A stretch of 64,000 nt of DNA from Eledone cirrhosa (lineage: Eukaryota). Positions within the stretch are counted from its first letter, which is position 1, and each line of letters starts with the position of its first letter. A program made the position numbers and the translations under genes. The stretch is taken from contig OZ024742.1 of NCBI GenBank assembly GCA_964016885.1, positions 73,284,001 through 73,348,000 on the forward strand. The letters are read 5' to 3'. The notes beneath the pieces are model-generated. The model made no database searches. It saw nothing but the letters and a program-made list of their open reading frames with translations, and was not told the DNA's origin. Shown here piece after piece: positions 39,361 through 51,779 of the stretch.

Positions 39361-40069
39361 AGTTAGGATGTAAACCCAGAACTGCTGTAGTGTTCAAGTG
39401 AAAATGGGGAGAGTATAGAAAATATAGAGAAGAGAGGGAGATAGATATATATATATATAAATGAGAGGTATAGAGATTGTTTTATATATATATATAGAAA
39501 ACACAGCACAGAGTCGGGTACATTGAGGGTACAGAGGTACTGAGAGAGAGGGGGGAGGGAATATAGACTGATTGAACACATGATAGAAGAGCTGAAGTTA
39601 ATAATAGAAAAGGTAAGAGAAGAGACGGAGTGAGATATAGAGGGGATATGAGAGTAAGGGAGTAGAGGAAGACAGATAAGAAAGAGTATTGAAGTGGGGA
39701 GCGATACAAGTAAAGAACAGCATTTTCAGAAGCGGGAAGAAATAATGTAGAGGGAGGGGAAGAGTTACGAATGATAGAGTATTAGTAATGAAGAGGGGAG
39801 TAGAGAAAGAAAGTGTATAGGTAAACAGGGAGGAGAAGAGTATTTACGAGTGAAAGAGTAGTAGTAAGAATGGAGGGAAGTTAGAGAGAAAGGGTGTATA
39901 AGTGAAAAGGGAGAGAGAAGAGTATTTACGAGTTAAATGGTAGTAGCAATGAAGAGAGAGAGAAAGAAAGTGTATAAGTGAAAAGTGAGGGGGAAGTAAA
40001 GGAAGGAAGGATAACTGGGAAAAAATGGCGAGAGGAAATGCAAGCCAGATTAAAGAAAAAGAAAAGAAA

Positions 40070-40394
40070 AGAATTGTTTCTACTTTAGGCACAAGGCCAG
40101 CAATTACCCAGTGCATTACTGGTACTTTATTTTATCGACCCCGTAAGGATGAAAGGCAAAGTCAACCTCGGCGGGATTTGAACTCAGATCAAAAGAAAAG
40201 AAAATAATTGTTTCTACTATTGGCACAAGGCCAGAAATTACCCAGTACATTACTGGTACTTTATTTTATCGACCCCGTAAGGATGAAAGGCAAAGTTAAC
40301 CTCGGCGGGATTTGAACTCAGAATAGCAAAGGCCGTAACTCTATGCATCAAAGCATGGCGTCCGACCCTCTACCGATACTGCCAATCCACCGCC
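40070..40394 (-). mobile_element. Full-length short-form family A SINE (40209-40394, 18-bp TSD) next to a 5'-truncated copy (40070-40188)
   Basis: TSD AAAAGAAAAGAAAATAAT at 40191-40208 and 40395-40412; intact A and B boxes. Confidence 0.93.
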
Positions 40395-41864
40395 AAAAGA
40401 AAAGAAAATAATGCCGAGGAAAAAGAGAAAAATAACGAAATAAATAGAAAGGAGATAGGGTGAGAGTGTAACGGGAGGGTGTTGTCCGATCAGGGAAGTT
40501 AAAACTAGATCGAACCGGAAGGAAAGAATTGTTATATAGATATTTTGAATGATGCTGTGTCGTTCATGTCATTCCCATGGATATTGATATTATAAAGAAA
40601 TAGGGGAGAGAGAGAGAGACAAAAATAAAATTATAACTAATTCTAGAGATAAATTCTTTTTTAGTATTATGGAAGTGTGGAAGAAGGCTGAGGTGGAAAG
40701 TGAAAGAGAGGGAGATGAAAAGAAAATAAAGATGGTAGTTGGAGAGATAGGTTGAGTGAAGGGGAGATAGAGCAATATGAGGGAGGGGTACAGGATTGTT
40801 AGAAGGAAAGAGAGGGGGAAGAAAAAAGCAGCAGATTAGAAGGAAATCAATGGAGAAGACAGATGTAAAGAGGAGAGAGAGAGACATATTCATTAAGGAG
40901 GTGGCAGACTGATATAGAGATAGTAAGAGTAGAGAGAAAGGCGGAAAGTAAGAGGTAAGGTCACGAGGGGAGGATGTAAGAATGCTAGAAGAGCCTAAAA
41001 AAAAAGATGTATAAAGGGGAGGAAGAAGAGGAAGGGTAAAAGTGAATTAAAGAGAGAGAGGTAAAACGGTGGGAGGAGGGAGAAAAGTAAGAAATATAAA
41101 GACAAAAAAAAACGAGTGATGGAGAAAGAGAAAGGGTAAAAGAGTGAGAGTGGAGAAGAGAGAGACAGAAAGGGTGTAATGAAAATGTGTAGTCGAGGAA
41201 TGAAAGTACTTTAGTGTGTGGTGTATTATTATGGTGGTGGTGTGTTGTGTAGTATAGTGAGTATGTGGTGGTATGAGAGTAGTGGTGTTGTTATTTAGCT
41301 CTGGGTCAGGCCTTACTGATCAACAACATTCCAGCCATGACTTCCAGATTTTTTCGCCATTGTATCACTACGACTCAATGTATGCGTTCTTGTTTAAAAC
41401 GATATTGTTAAAAGTGAGGGGACTGAATTAGCGAGCGTTTAGGTGAGTGTGACATGGAATCGGTAAAGAAGAACAAGATCATAGTTGTTGAGAAGATCGA
41501 TGATCCATAACATTCTAACTATTATCCTTACTCGGGTATTGTGTATTAAATGTGAACTTCACTTTTCAAGATGCTGTCTGAAGAAAATATGACTGCTGTC
41601 TTTAACAGATCAATCCACCATGTTACGGTTCCCTTATTGACAAAGAGTTAGAATGAGGCTTTAGTTGCAGTTACAGAACGGAAAGACAGTGTGAAGATAT
41701 CTGTGACAATGACAAGATAATAATCTACTCCGTCCCGTGTGAAATGTGAAGTGATATATAGCATGCTTACACTTTGAACAACTGTTGAGAGTTAGGTGGT
41801 TTCCTTGCTCTAAAAAAGAAACCTAACTCTTCGTATGAAGACTTTTATATATTGCTGTGTTGTC

Positions 41865-41901
<37 letters not shown>

Positions 41902-42019
41902 AATAGGGGGCGCACAGGACAAAGACCACGGAAAGACGGACAATCCCACCCCCACCCCAGTCAACCTCTAGAAATCACTACGGTTTCGGTGCATTAAGGT
42001 TGATACATTTTACACACAC

Positions 42020-42061
<42 letters not shown>

Positions 42062-42151
42062 GATATTGAAATGGCTGACTAACTACACGTTTTCCCCATG
42101 AAAAAACAAAACTTCCCGTTTTCTTCTTTTACGTCTATATTTCTATTTCTT

Positions 42152-42219
42152 GTCTCATTCCGATGAAGGATTAACACCCGAAACGTTAAGACTCTTTTCC
42201 TACTATACCGAGCGTTAAA

Positions 42220-42225
<6 letters not shown>
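42152..42225 (+). ncRNA. Degenerate minimal hammerhead-like motif, same family as 26081
   Basis: CCGATGA-A-GG...CC-GAAA-CGTT-AAGAC...AGCGTTAA; U4 changed to C in the core. Confidence 0.5.
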
Positions 42226-42310
<85 letters not shown>

Positions 42311-42724
42311 AATCTTTGGTCGGCTTGTATAGTACGATCGAACATGAAATCCCATAGTAGCGAGGTGAATTTCTTAACCAACTAACATATAAAAATAGGA
42401 AAGAATGACGCATTACACACCAACAGACAGCACTACGTCACAAACCTACTTCCTTGACCTCGGATCCTGCACCTCAACAAACAGAGGTTTTAAAAAACAT
42501 CCTGCATGGAACCACTGATGTACAAATGGATGGGATGGTTGCGACTAGAAGGCCTTTTATCTGTTCAGCCACGTTTACTTTGAGCCAATATATATATATA
42601 TATTAAGCGAAACCTACAGTCAGCAAGCACCCCCCATCCCACTACCCCAACTCCCCACCCCCACTAACGTCACCCTTTTCTCTGTAAAGTTATGTTGGTA
42701 CCACAACATCCAGTCCTAAATAAA

Positions 42725-42930
42725 TGAGGTCGTGTAGGTGTCACGACAAAAACCTCCCAGTCCACACTGTAAACGTGGTTGGTGTTAGGAAGGGCATCCA
42801 GTCGTAGAAAACCTGCCAGACTCCTATACGAGCGAGACGATCAATATTGCCTCAAGTGGGACAATTCCCGTCTAAACCCATGCTAGCGTGGAAGATAGAC
42901 GTTAAACGATGATGATGATGATGATGATGA
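42725..42930 (+). mobile_element. SINE 3' part (family C)
   Basis: Conserved tail and (GAT)n. Confidence 0.88.
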
Positions 42931-43029
42931 AGGCTTCTGTGCGATTGCATGACCTGCTAGAAATTTTCTCTTGAATTATACAATAAATTATAATTTTGTA
43001 CATATAAAACTATATATATGTGCGTGTGT

Positions 43030-43400
43030 GTTTGTGTATAAACATAAACCAGGTGAAAGCTGTCCTACTGAAGGCTATTCAAACTACACAGACCGGAAGT
43101 GAAACACTAGTATTGTCAACCGAGTCTTAGAAGCACAACTGGGTGTAAATTCTTCCAAAGATGTAGCTATGTATGTTTACATAGGCAAATGCGTGTAAGA
43201 TGGTGGACGTTGTGCTGGGCACATGTGTTAAACGGTGGTACAAAAGACCTCAACCTGGTTTCGATATCTCATCTGGAACTGCTCTAATATTGCATTTAGA
43301 ATATACAATCCAGCCTTCTTTTATCTATATAATCGGAATTTGATTTTGTGATGTTTTCTCTCTCTTTATATAGATGCATTCAGATAATGAGAAATAGGGG
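43030..43400 (-). mobile_element. Probable Penelope-like 3' relic (GIY-YIG C-terminus plus pLTR)
   Basis: LSECIYIKREKTSQN (43387-43343) resembles the E-x2-Y-I-x3-K-P-x-L-N end of PLE endonucleases; followed by CAGATGA-GATATC-GAAA-CCAGG-TT at 43275-43252. Confidence 0.5.
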
Positions 43401-43545
43401 AGAAAACCCTTGTAGCCTGAGCTGATCCAAGTCTTTTGGATAAGACAATGCAGCGGAAATGGACCTTGTCTATAAGCCAGCTTGGTGAAAGCAACGAATG
43501 TGTTTGAATCTTATTAGATCTCCTTAGCGAAACACACTCTCATAC

Positions 43546-43648
<103 letters not shown>

Positions 43649-45699
43649 CATTGTAAATTGAATATATGCTTGTAAATTATCAAGAAAAGGGATGTTAAGG
43701 TGGGTGAAAGACAAACGTGGTGAACGATGAGAAAATATTTGAAAAGGGAGTATGAATTAGATGATGAAAAATGAGACTTAATTAGATAAGATGTGTAGCG
43801 ACTCATTTCATGCAATAAAAATAAAATAAAAGGAAGAGGGGTTGCTTGTAGTGGAAAGACTTATATTTCAAAGAATGACCGAAGAAAATGGTGCTAGGGT
43901 GAAACGATATGTAAAAAATAATAATAAAGATAAAAGTGTGAGAAGAAAGATGAAAATAGAAAGAAAAGATGATATAAATGATTGTTGTGATGAGAAAGAA
44001 AGGAATAGAAAAAAAGATGAGACGAATACAGAAGAAATCTGGATGAATAACGAGCAATGAAAAACATTCCTTGCTGCTCAGTGCAGGCTGAGAGAAGGAG
44101 AGAAATGGGAAGAGGGGGAGAAAGGAATAAAACATTTTTAAAAATTAGAAAAATGATAATAGAAAAGAAAGGGAAGAAAGTAGCAGAGAGAAGAGGAAAA
44201 TGTTTGAAACTGAATGTTGATTGGTTAAATTTGGTGGAATTTAGCATGGAGCTAGAACTTATCAGGAAGGAAAATAAACCACTTTCCATGTGTAACGGAG
44301 GTTTGTGTGTGTGCAGAACGAGAAGGGAGGGGAAGAGGCAGTGCTTGCGATTTAGAGCTCCATCACAGCTTTAAATCTTTCTTACCTTATTACTCCTCCT
44401 CCCCTTCTCACATTCTTTTTACTTTCACATGTTCTGCACACAGCCCCCTCCATCTCTATTTCCTACATTCACCTGTCTTCTCTTTACCTATCTCCCACCA
44501 CACTTAATTTACCCTCCTCCTCTTACACAACACAAGTTGGCAGCCATATCAATATTCCTTTTTCTTCAACAGTAGTAGTAGTAGAGGTAGTAGTAAAAAT
44601 GCATCTTGTGGCCTCTTGTTTATGAGTTCAAATCTCTCTAGGGTTAAGTTGTTAGTGAAATCAATCGTTTATACTTCTATGTGCCGAGTCAAAAGAAGTA
44701 ATAATTCACAGTATCATTTGTAGTAGTAGTAGTAGTTTAGATCCAGGTTAAGACTGGTCGAAACCGTACCAGTTGTAACCATCTTCCTCCCTTTTTTACA
44801 TTCATTAGTCAACACGTCCATCCTTTTTTCATGGCAGGTAATGATTTGAAGGAGATTTAGCTGCTATTTTAAAGTTGAACGACCGCGTTGATGCCTCCAC
44901 GTTACTACAACTACTACCACCACTAGCAGTAGTAGTAGTCGTCGCAATGATGAAGTTTTTCACAAAAGACCGAATCTCAGTTCAAACAGCTTCTCTTACA
45001 TCACTAATACTTTCCAGAAAATTATGCACGCCCCCAATTTCCCATTTCTCTACCCCATCCCATCCTCTCAATATTAAAACCTTCACACAGAGAGACTGGA
45101 ATACGAGATCTAAAAAAAAAAAAATGGAGGTTTTATCTAAGGTGTATATTTAAATATATACGACTGTCACACGAAATCAAACAACTTGACAAAGCATCAT
45201 CCAAACCCCCTTACAGTGAATGAGATAGTAATGATAGCCTATATCATGATCATTTAAAGTGAAACGGTTAGACAGCAGCTCTTAACCAGTCCAGTGTTTG
45301 TTGCTTGGGTATTTTAGTATTAAGATGAGATTTTTTTCGAAACGCTTAAAATTCTACTCAAAATCTATGTTACATTTTCCGTACTATACAGCTAACATCC
45401 TGTTATTTAACATATATTTCATGAAACGACGATCAAGTTTCGCCATATTCGGTTTCTTAGTTCGTCACTGACAGATAACAAATGTAAAATAATCCTTAAG
45501 TGAATAAAGACTTCTCAGTACCTTCGTAGTTCTTCAGATAAGAACAAGATAAGCTATAAAGTACTCTGGAGAACTGATGAAGACATTTCTATGATGGGGG
45601 AACTGCAGATTGACAGTTTAATCTACACTCCAATCCCACCCTTCATTTATTTTGTCGAATATGAACTTAAAGAACATGTTTGACATTTACACCCACGTT

Positions 45700-45885
45700 A
45701 ATTTTCTAAATTTGGCATAGGCTATAAGATTTGGAGACGAGGGTACAGCTAACTTAATTGAATTTTGTACCTATTTTATCGACCTAAAGGAGAATGAAAA
45801 GCGAGGTTGACTTTGCAGGTTTTGAACTCAGAACATGAAAGAGACGTAACTAAATATTTCAACATATTTTGTCCGGTGCTCAACC
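45700..45885 (-). mobile_element. Decayed family A SINE
   Basis: TTTTATCGACC...TTTGAACTCAGAAC motifs. Confidence 0.7.
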
Positions 45886-46484
45886 AAAAACGAACACTAG
45901 GAAGCAGTATATCCTACTCTTTCCAACTCGTTACCTTTATAAGCGTATTTTATACTTTATAAAGTATTCGATGGATGTGAATAACGTTAAAGCGTGATGA
46001 AAAACTTGACAAACTTATATTTAAAACTCAAATATGCTTCAACGTTGGCAATGTAAACTTTCATCCTGCTCTTCTCAATTTAATTTATCGAACAAACCAG
46101 TTGGCTGATGTTAAAACAAAAGACACTTGCAAATTTTTTTTGTGTGTGTGGAAATCAATTGTTTTAGATTTAAACAATTCAAGGTGAAAGAATGATATAA
46201 TAATGATTGGTGTATAAAGATTAACAAAGACCTCATTACTATGTTGCTAGTACGATCAAAGGGGTGCATAAATGTAGCAATATTTCAGGTAGAATGTCAG
46301 AAAACTAACACTTTAAATGCACTTTATATGCAGTTAGTAGTGATGGAGTGGAAATTATTTATATAAAGCTATGTTATTTTATTACAAACTGATAGATAAG
46401 CAAAAATAAAATTTAAAGATTTTAGGATTGTCTCCCCTAGCTAACTATTGGTGTACGATGCATTGGGAAGCTTCATGTTGTGTC

Positions 46485-46857
46485 AGGGAAATTGGAGTGT
46501 TAGTTTGTGGGCAAAGTATTCAATATGCTTAATTGAACTGCCTCTCGGTACATTTGCTAAAAGGTGGGTGAATGTGGCGAGAATGACCCGTGTAAATGGA
46601 CCTACTGTGAGCATGCGTCTGTAGGGTGGTTGTTTTGAGGAGAGGGTGCCTTTGAAACGCCGGGTGGTTCAGGATTGGTGGGTTGCCTGAGTCGCCCATG
46701 GGTAGTTCTCCCCCTTATTGGGGAATTTTGATTTTTGTAATTTTGTAAATTTTTTTTTTTACTCGATTGTATCGTAAACCCCACTGTCCCTGTCTTTTTA
46801 TATTGTCCCCTATATGTGGGCCCTAGTGGCCAATAAAGAAACCATTATTATTATTAT
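46485..46857 (+). mobile_element. Probable non-LTR (Tx1/L1-like) 3' end
   Basis: ORF end FAKRWVNVARMTRVNGPTVSMRL*, GC-richer 3' UTR, AATAAA and (TTA)n tail. Clade assignment is from memory only. Confidence 0.5.
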
Positions 46858-46975
46858 TCTGAGTTCAAATCCAGCCGAGGTTAACTTTGCCTTTCATCCT
46901 TACAGGGTCGATAAAATAAAGTACCAGTAATGCACTGAAATAATTACTGGCCTTGTGCCAAAAGTAGAAACAATT
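46857..46975 (+). mobile_element. 5'-truncated short-form family A SINE
   Basis: Reverse complement of 40070-40188. Confidence 0.9.
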
Positions 46976-47639
46976 ATTATTATTATTAAAGGTCAGCATT
47001 TAGCTCATAGTTTCATAGCGCTGAACAAGTGAGACAAATCGCTTGATAAATAAGATGTTAGTCTACCTCAGATAAATGAGTTGGTATATTTTTTAACAGA
47101 CAAATGAAAGGAGACAATCTTTGCATTTAGTACTATCCAGACACGATAGCGTCTGCGGTAAAACTAAGACAAATAAACTGGTATAGTTCACACCAGTGAC
47201 TGGTACAATACATACCAGTGGGAAAAACCTCTACGTGATCGCTTGACCTATTAAAAATAGCAACTAAATATCCTTCATATTATACACACCCTTAGATAAA
47301 GGAGAAGGGCACATCGGATAATGTAGTCTTAGATTTACTACACCTGAGCTGCACCCTGACTAGAATGATTTGCATAATAAGCCTGTCTGATGAAGGTTTG
47401 TCATGATCTACAAAACAACAGGACATAAATAAGTCAGTCTTGACCTGCTAGAAATAACAGGCAAATGCATTTCAAATTGAATCTCACCGTCTTAGAAATG
47501 AAAATTCATGTTGAATAATTTAGTCGTGGATACACTGTCTGAATAAAATATCGGGATGGTCACGGCTGGAACATCTCTGGATCACGGTTGATCTATAGCT
47601 GAGAATGGTTCGACTATTAAAGATTTGACGACAATATGA

Positions 47640-47790
47640 AGTGGACAACAATGTGAGTGGTGCCTTATTATCTCTTTTAAAATACATTGGTGAATTTATA
47701 TCGACACATTGCGTTCTGAGTTGAAATCCCGCCAGTACCAACTTTGCTTTTCCTCCTTCCGAGGTCGATAAATAAAGTATCATTCTAGGA
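47640..47790 (+). mobile_element. Decayed family A SINE
   Basis: GTTCTGAGTTGAAATCCC...CCTTCCGAGGTCGATAAA. Confidence 0.75.
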
Positions 47791-48759
47791 CGGTGGACTG
47801 GTGGAATCGTTTGACTGTTGATATTCTGGTATTCTGGCTGTTTGTATTCTAAATTCAAATTCCACTTTATCTGTCACTCGATATAACTTCGGTGTCTTTA
47901 GCAGACTACATTCTATTGTAAGTATTTAGGAAAGTTTTTCCTTCCTTCCCGAAGGCCCTGGATATAAATGGGAGATAATTTTCCTTCTAAGCGATAGAAC
48001 ACTCAAATAGAATCAGTTAAAGATAGATTGAGTGATACAATTAACGGCTATGAGCTTGGCCCTGCCTTTGGTCTTTTATGAAATACAAAACAAAGAGAGA
48101 GAACTTGTTGATGGAATGTCATGGTAACTTCAGCCAGGTTCCACTCATGTTTCTCATCCTGGACATGTTAGTCATCAGGTTTCACACAACACTTATTCAT
48201 TCTAAACCTTCCTTTATTACTTTCTCTTCCTTAACCTTATATTTTCCTTCTCTTATTCCTTACATCCTAACTTTTTCATTCAGTTCGTTGTCTTTCACCG
48301 AAAAAGTTCTTTTTATGAAATTTAGAGAGGGGGGACAGAGAGAAAGGGAGATAGATAGAGAACATTTTATAGAGAGGGAGGTAAAGAGAGAAAGACAGAA
48401 GAATAGGGAAGAGGTGGAAGAAGGTAAAGATGGAGAGGATATAAAAAACAAGAAAGGAAAAACAAGGGGGAAACCAAAAACGATAGTGGGACAGATGAAG
48501 AGGTAAAAAGAAGCAAAAAATAGAGGGAGAGGTGGAGGAAAACACAACAGAAACTAGAGAGAGTGGGAGGAAAAAGAAACAAAAGGGGACGGGAGGAAAG
48601 AGAGAGAAAAATGGTGGATAGTAATATATATGCATGCGTGTGTGTATATATATATGACAGAAGTGGAGCGAAAGAGAAGGTAAACAAAAAAAAGATGAGG
48701 TTGATAGTGTAGAGAGCAGAATGATCTCACTAAAACAGCCATCGGAGCCAACTGCAGGC

Positions 48760-50100
48760 TCTGCTGCTGCTGCTGCTGCTGCTACTACTACTACTACCAC
48801 TATTACTAAAGCTATTACTTCTACTACTGCTACTACTACTACTACTACTGCAGAATTAATACCACAACCACCACTACAGCGACTACTTTCCCTACCTCTC
48901 TTACTAACACTTGTACAGACACTACTACTATCCCCACCAACATCATAACACGGATAAGAGTGATGGTGACGACGTAGATAGTTTGTAGTGGTGGTGGTGG
49001 TAGAGGTAACGGTGATAACGGCGATGGTGGTGGTGGTAGAGGTAACGGTGATAACGGCGATGGTGGTGGTGGTGGTAGAGGTAACGGTGATAACGGCGAT
49101 GGTGGTGGTGAAGGTTTTTAAGAGGTGTAGTGGCAGTAGGGCAACTGCTTCTCCTACCAACACTTGCACAGACACTACTACTACTGCTGCTACTACTACT
49201 ACTACTACTACTACTGCCATCACCACCATAGAACCGACAGTGGTGGCGATGGTAAGAGGTGTAGTGGCAGTTGTGTGAGTGTAGCTTGTATGGAGTGATA
49301 CCGGCAAAGAGGAGATAGGGAGTGATGGTGGCAGAAGTAATGTTGATCATGGTGGAGGAGGAGTAGGAGGAAATGGTGTTGTTGGAATTGAAGGTAGAGG
49401 AGACAGTGTAGTGTTGCTGCTGCTGCAGAGGGAGATATACTGTTAGTGGTATGTATGGTGGTGGTGTTAGCAGTGCAGCATTATAAATGAGGGAGGGAGG
49501 GGGAATGGCGCTGCTGCTGTTGCCACGGGTGTTAGTGTAGCACGAGGGTGAGGGGAGACAGTGGAACATAGGTAGTGGTGGGGTGTACAACAAACTAGAA
49601 CATAACAACAAATTACGTCAATGGACTAACGTTAACAATAAACACAGTGAACAGTAACATAGCAACAATACTACAACACTAACACCACTCTGACACTACC
49701 ACCACAATACTATCATCATCAACACAATACTAATATCACCATAACAACACAAATACCACCTCAACAACACTAACACCATAACCACAATACTATCATTACC
49801 ACAACACCAATATCAGCGTCACAACTCTAACACCAACACTATCATCGCCACAATGAAAACACTATTACGACAACCACAACATCACCGCAATGACAACACA
49901 ACGCCAACAATACTATCACCACCACGACAACACTATCACCACCACAACAACAACAGTATCACCACAATGACAACACTATCACCAGCACAACAATAACAGT
50001 ATCACCACAATGACAACACTATAACCACTACAACAACACTCACCACAATGTCAACACTATCACCACCACAATACTAACAATATGAACAGTACCATCATTA
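48760..50100. repeat. Triplet-based low-complexity tracts and short minisatellites
   Basis: (GCT)n, (ACT)n, 30-33 bp GGTAGAGGTAACGGTGATAACGGCGATGGT x3, and ACAACACTATCACC-like repeats. Confidence 0.9.
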
Positions 50101-50564
50101 CAACAAGTAACCCTCTATGCGATCGCTGGACGTGGGAGAAATCTCCTTCAAATTATACCCCCAGTGTTTTTGAAATAGAACAGCTCAATATAACCTTAAA
50201 TAAATAAATAAGATGTGATGGTCACAGTTGAGACGCCTTTCATCATAGATCTGATTAACTAGAACTGATCAATGAATGGTTTTTGTTATGTTGATCTGTT
50301 GATGACAAAATTATTATTAGTTGGATTGGCAGGATCAGTAGAGTCATGCAAAATAGACTTTAACGTTCTGAATTTAAATCCCACCGAGGTTAGTTTTGCC
50401 TTTCATCCTTACGGGGTCAATAAAATAAAGCACCAGTAATGCACTGGGGTAATTGCTGACCTTGTGCCAAAGGCAGAAACAATTATTATTTTTGTTGTCA
50501 ACTTTGCTTTTCATCTTGCCAAGATTGATAAATAAATACCAGCCAAGTACTGGTGGTGATTTAA

Positions 50565-50742
50565 CTGTTAACATGTATTGATTTAGTAGAAAATATCTAA
50601 AAACATGGTTTGTTAATCCATATGTTTAGAGTATATTTACTAGTGGACAAATCATTGTGAAAATTGGCTAAACCAAAAGTAAAACTTTAATTTCTAATGT
50701 GATAGTCACAGTGCTGTAATGTTTTGTCAAGAACATTGAGAG
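50565..50742. mobile_element. TTAA-flanked MITE inserted into a family A SINE
   Basis: TTAA at 50561-50564 and 50743-50746; SINE sequence (50495-50564) resumes at 50747. Confidence 0.8.
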
Positions 50743-51561
50743 TTAATCAACTTTCCCTTTCCACAAATTGCTGGCCTTGTGCCGAAATTAGAAACCCTTA
50801 TTGTTGTTGTTTGACATGAACAGTTGTTTGTAACTGGAATATTAGTACGTTTTACTTCATCCAAAATTAATTGGGTGAGGGGAGGTTTTGGTTTTGGGAC
50901 TAACTTTTCTGTGTCCATCCCGTTTACCTTGAAGTGGAAAAAATATAAGGTATTGCTTTGGGACATTCCAAATATTTGGTTTACTTGCATATCAGTATGG
51001 CCCTGCTGTCTGGTGTAGCAAGAAGAGATACTAACTACAAACGAAGTAGCATTGTACACAACCCCAAAAAATTCTAAGGAAATTTTGTTGAAAATTGTGA
51101 AAATATAAAGACAGAATGTGAAGAAGAAGAAAGAAACAATAAATAAATAAATAAATAAAATGACATTTAAACAAACAGACATAATTACAAATACAGACAT
51201 TAATACTTTGGAAAATAGAGAAAAAACACAAACGAATACATCTATAATGTGAACATTGGCAATATATAGATTTTACACACAGTAGAAAATAATACAAATA
51301 AGTTTGCCAAAGTTATGAACCAGACAATAGTTTAGAATATGGGACATGTCTCCGAAAAAGAAAAAAAATTAAATTAATAAAATAAAATAAAAATAAAAAC
51401 AAATGTGTCACCCAAATTTCTGTCAGAATTTTATAGCAGAATTAGTAAGGTAGAAAGTGGAGATGTTTCAATGTGCCCTCAAAGGAGTACTTAATGGAAC
51501 CATGGCTCAGTTAGTTATATTACAGTGTGTTTAATGGTCTGTTGCAGTATAATCAGTTTAA

Positions 51562-51772
51562 CTTTTAGCACCACATGAAATCACACAAGCAAAATATTCC
51601 TGAAAAGTACAAAACAATACTATGGCTACATCACATTAAAAATTAACATCTTTACATTAGTTTACTGCAAATTTTCACAATGATCTGTCCACTAGTAAAG
51701 ATATCAGAAACAGTTGAATTAACAAATGTGTTTTTAGATATTTTCTGCTAAATCATTACAGGAAGTTAAGAG
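51562..51772. mobile_element. Second copy of the same TTAA MITE in opposite orientation
   Basis: Reverse complement aligns with 50565-50742; TTAA at 51558-51561 and 51773-51776. Confidence 0.8.
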
Positions 51773-51779
51773 TTAATGA

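Noticed and set aside
43083-43210. Housekeeping promoter (ACTACA, CCGGAAGTG, AAGATGG motifs)
   Set aside because: The downstream ORF is short and unrecognised, and the region is better explained as a minus-strand Penelope-like relic.
48276-49611. 343-aa and 222-aa ORFs and poly-Thr/Ala ORFs
   Set aside because: Products of triplet repeats and purine/pyrimidine tracts, open on both strands.
50565-51772. Single 1.2-kb long-TIR (foldback) transposon
   Set aside because: Each arm has its own TTAA duplication and the interrupted SINE resumes after the first arm.
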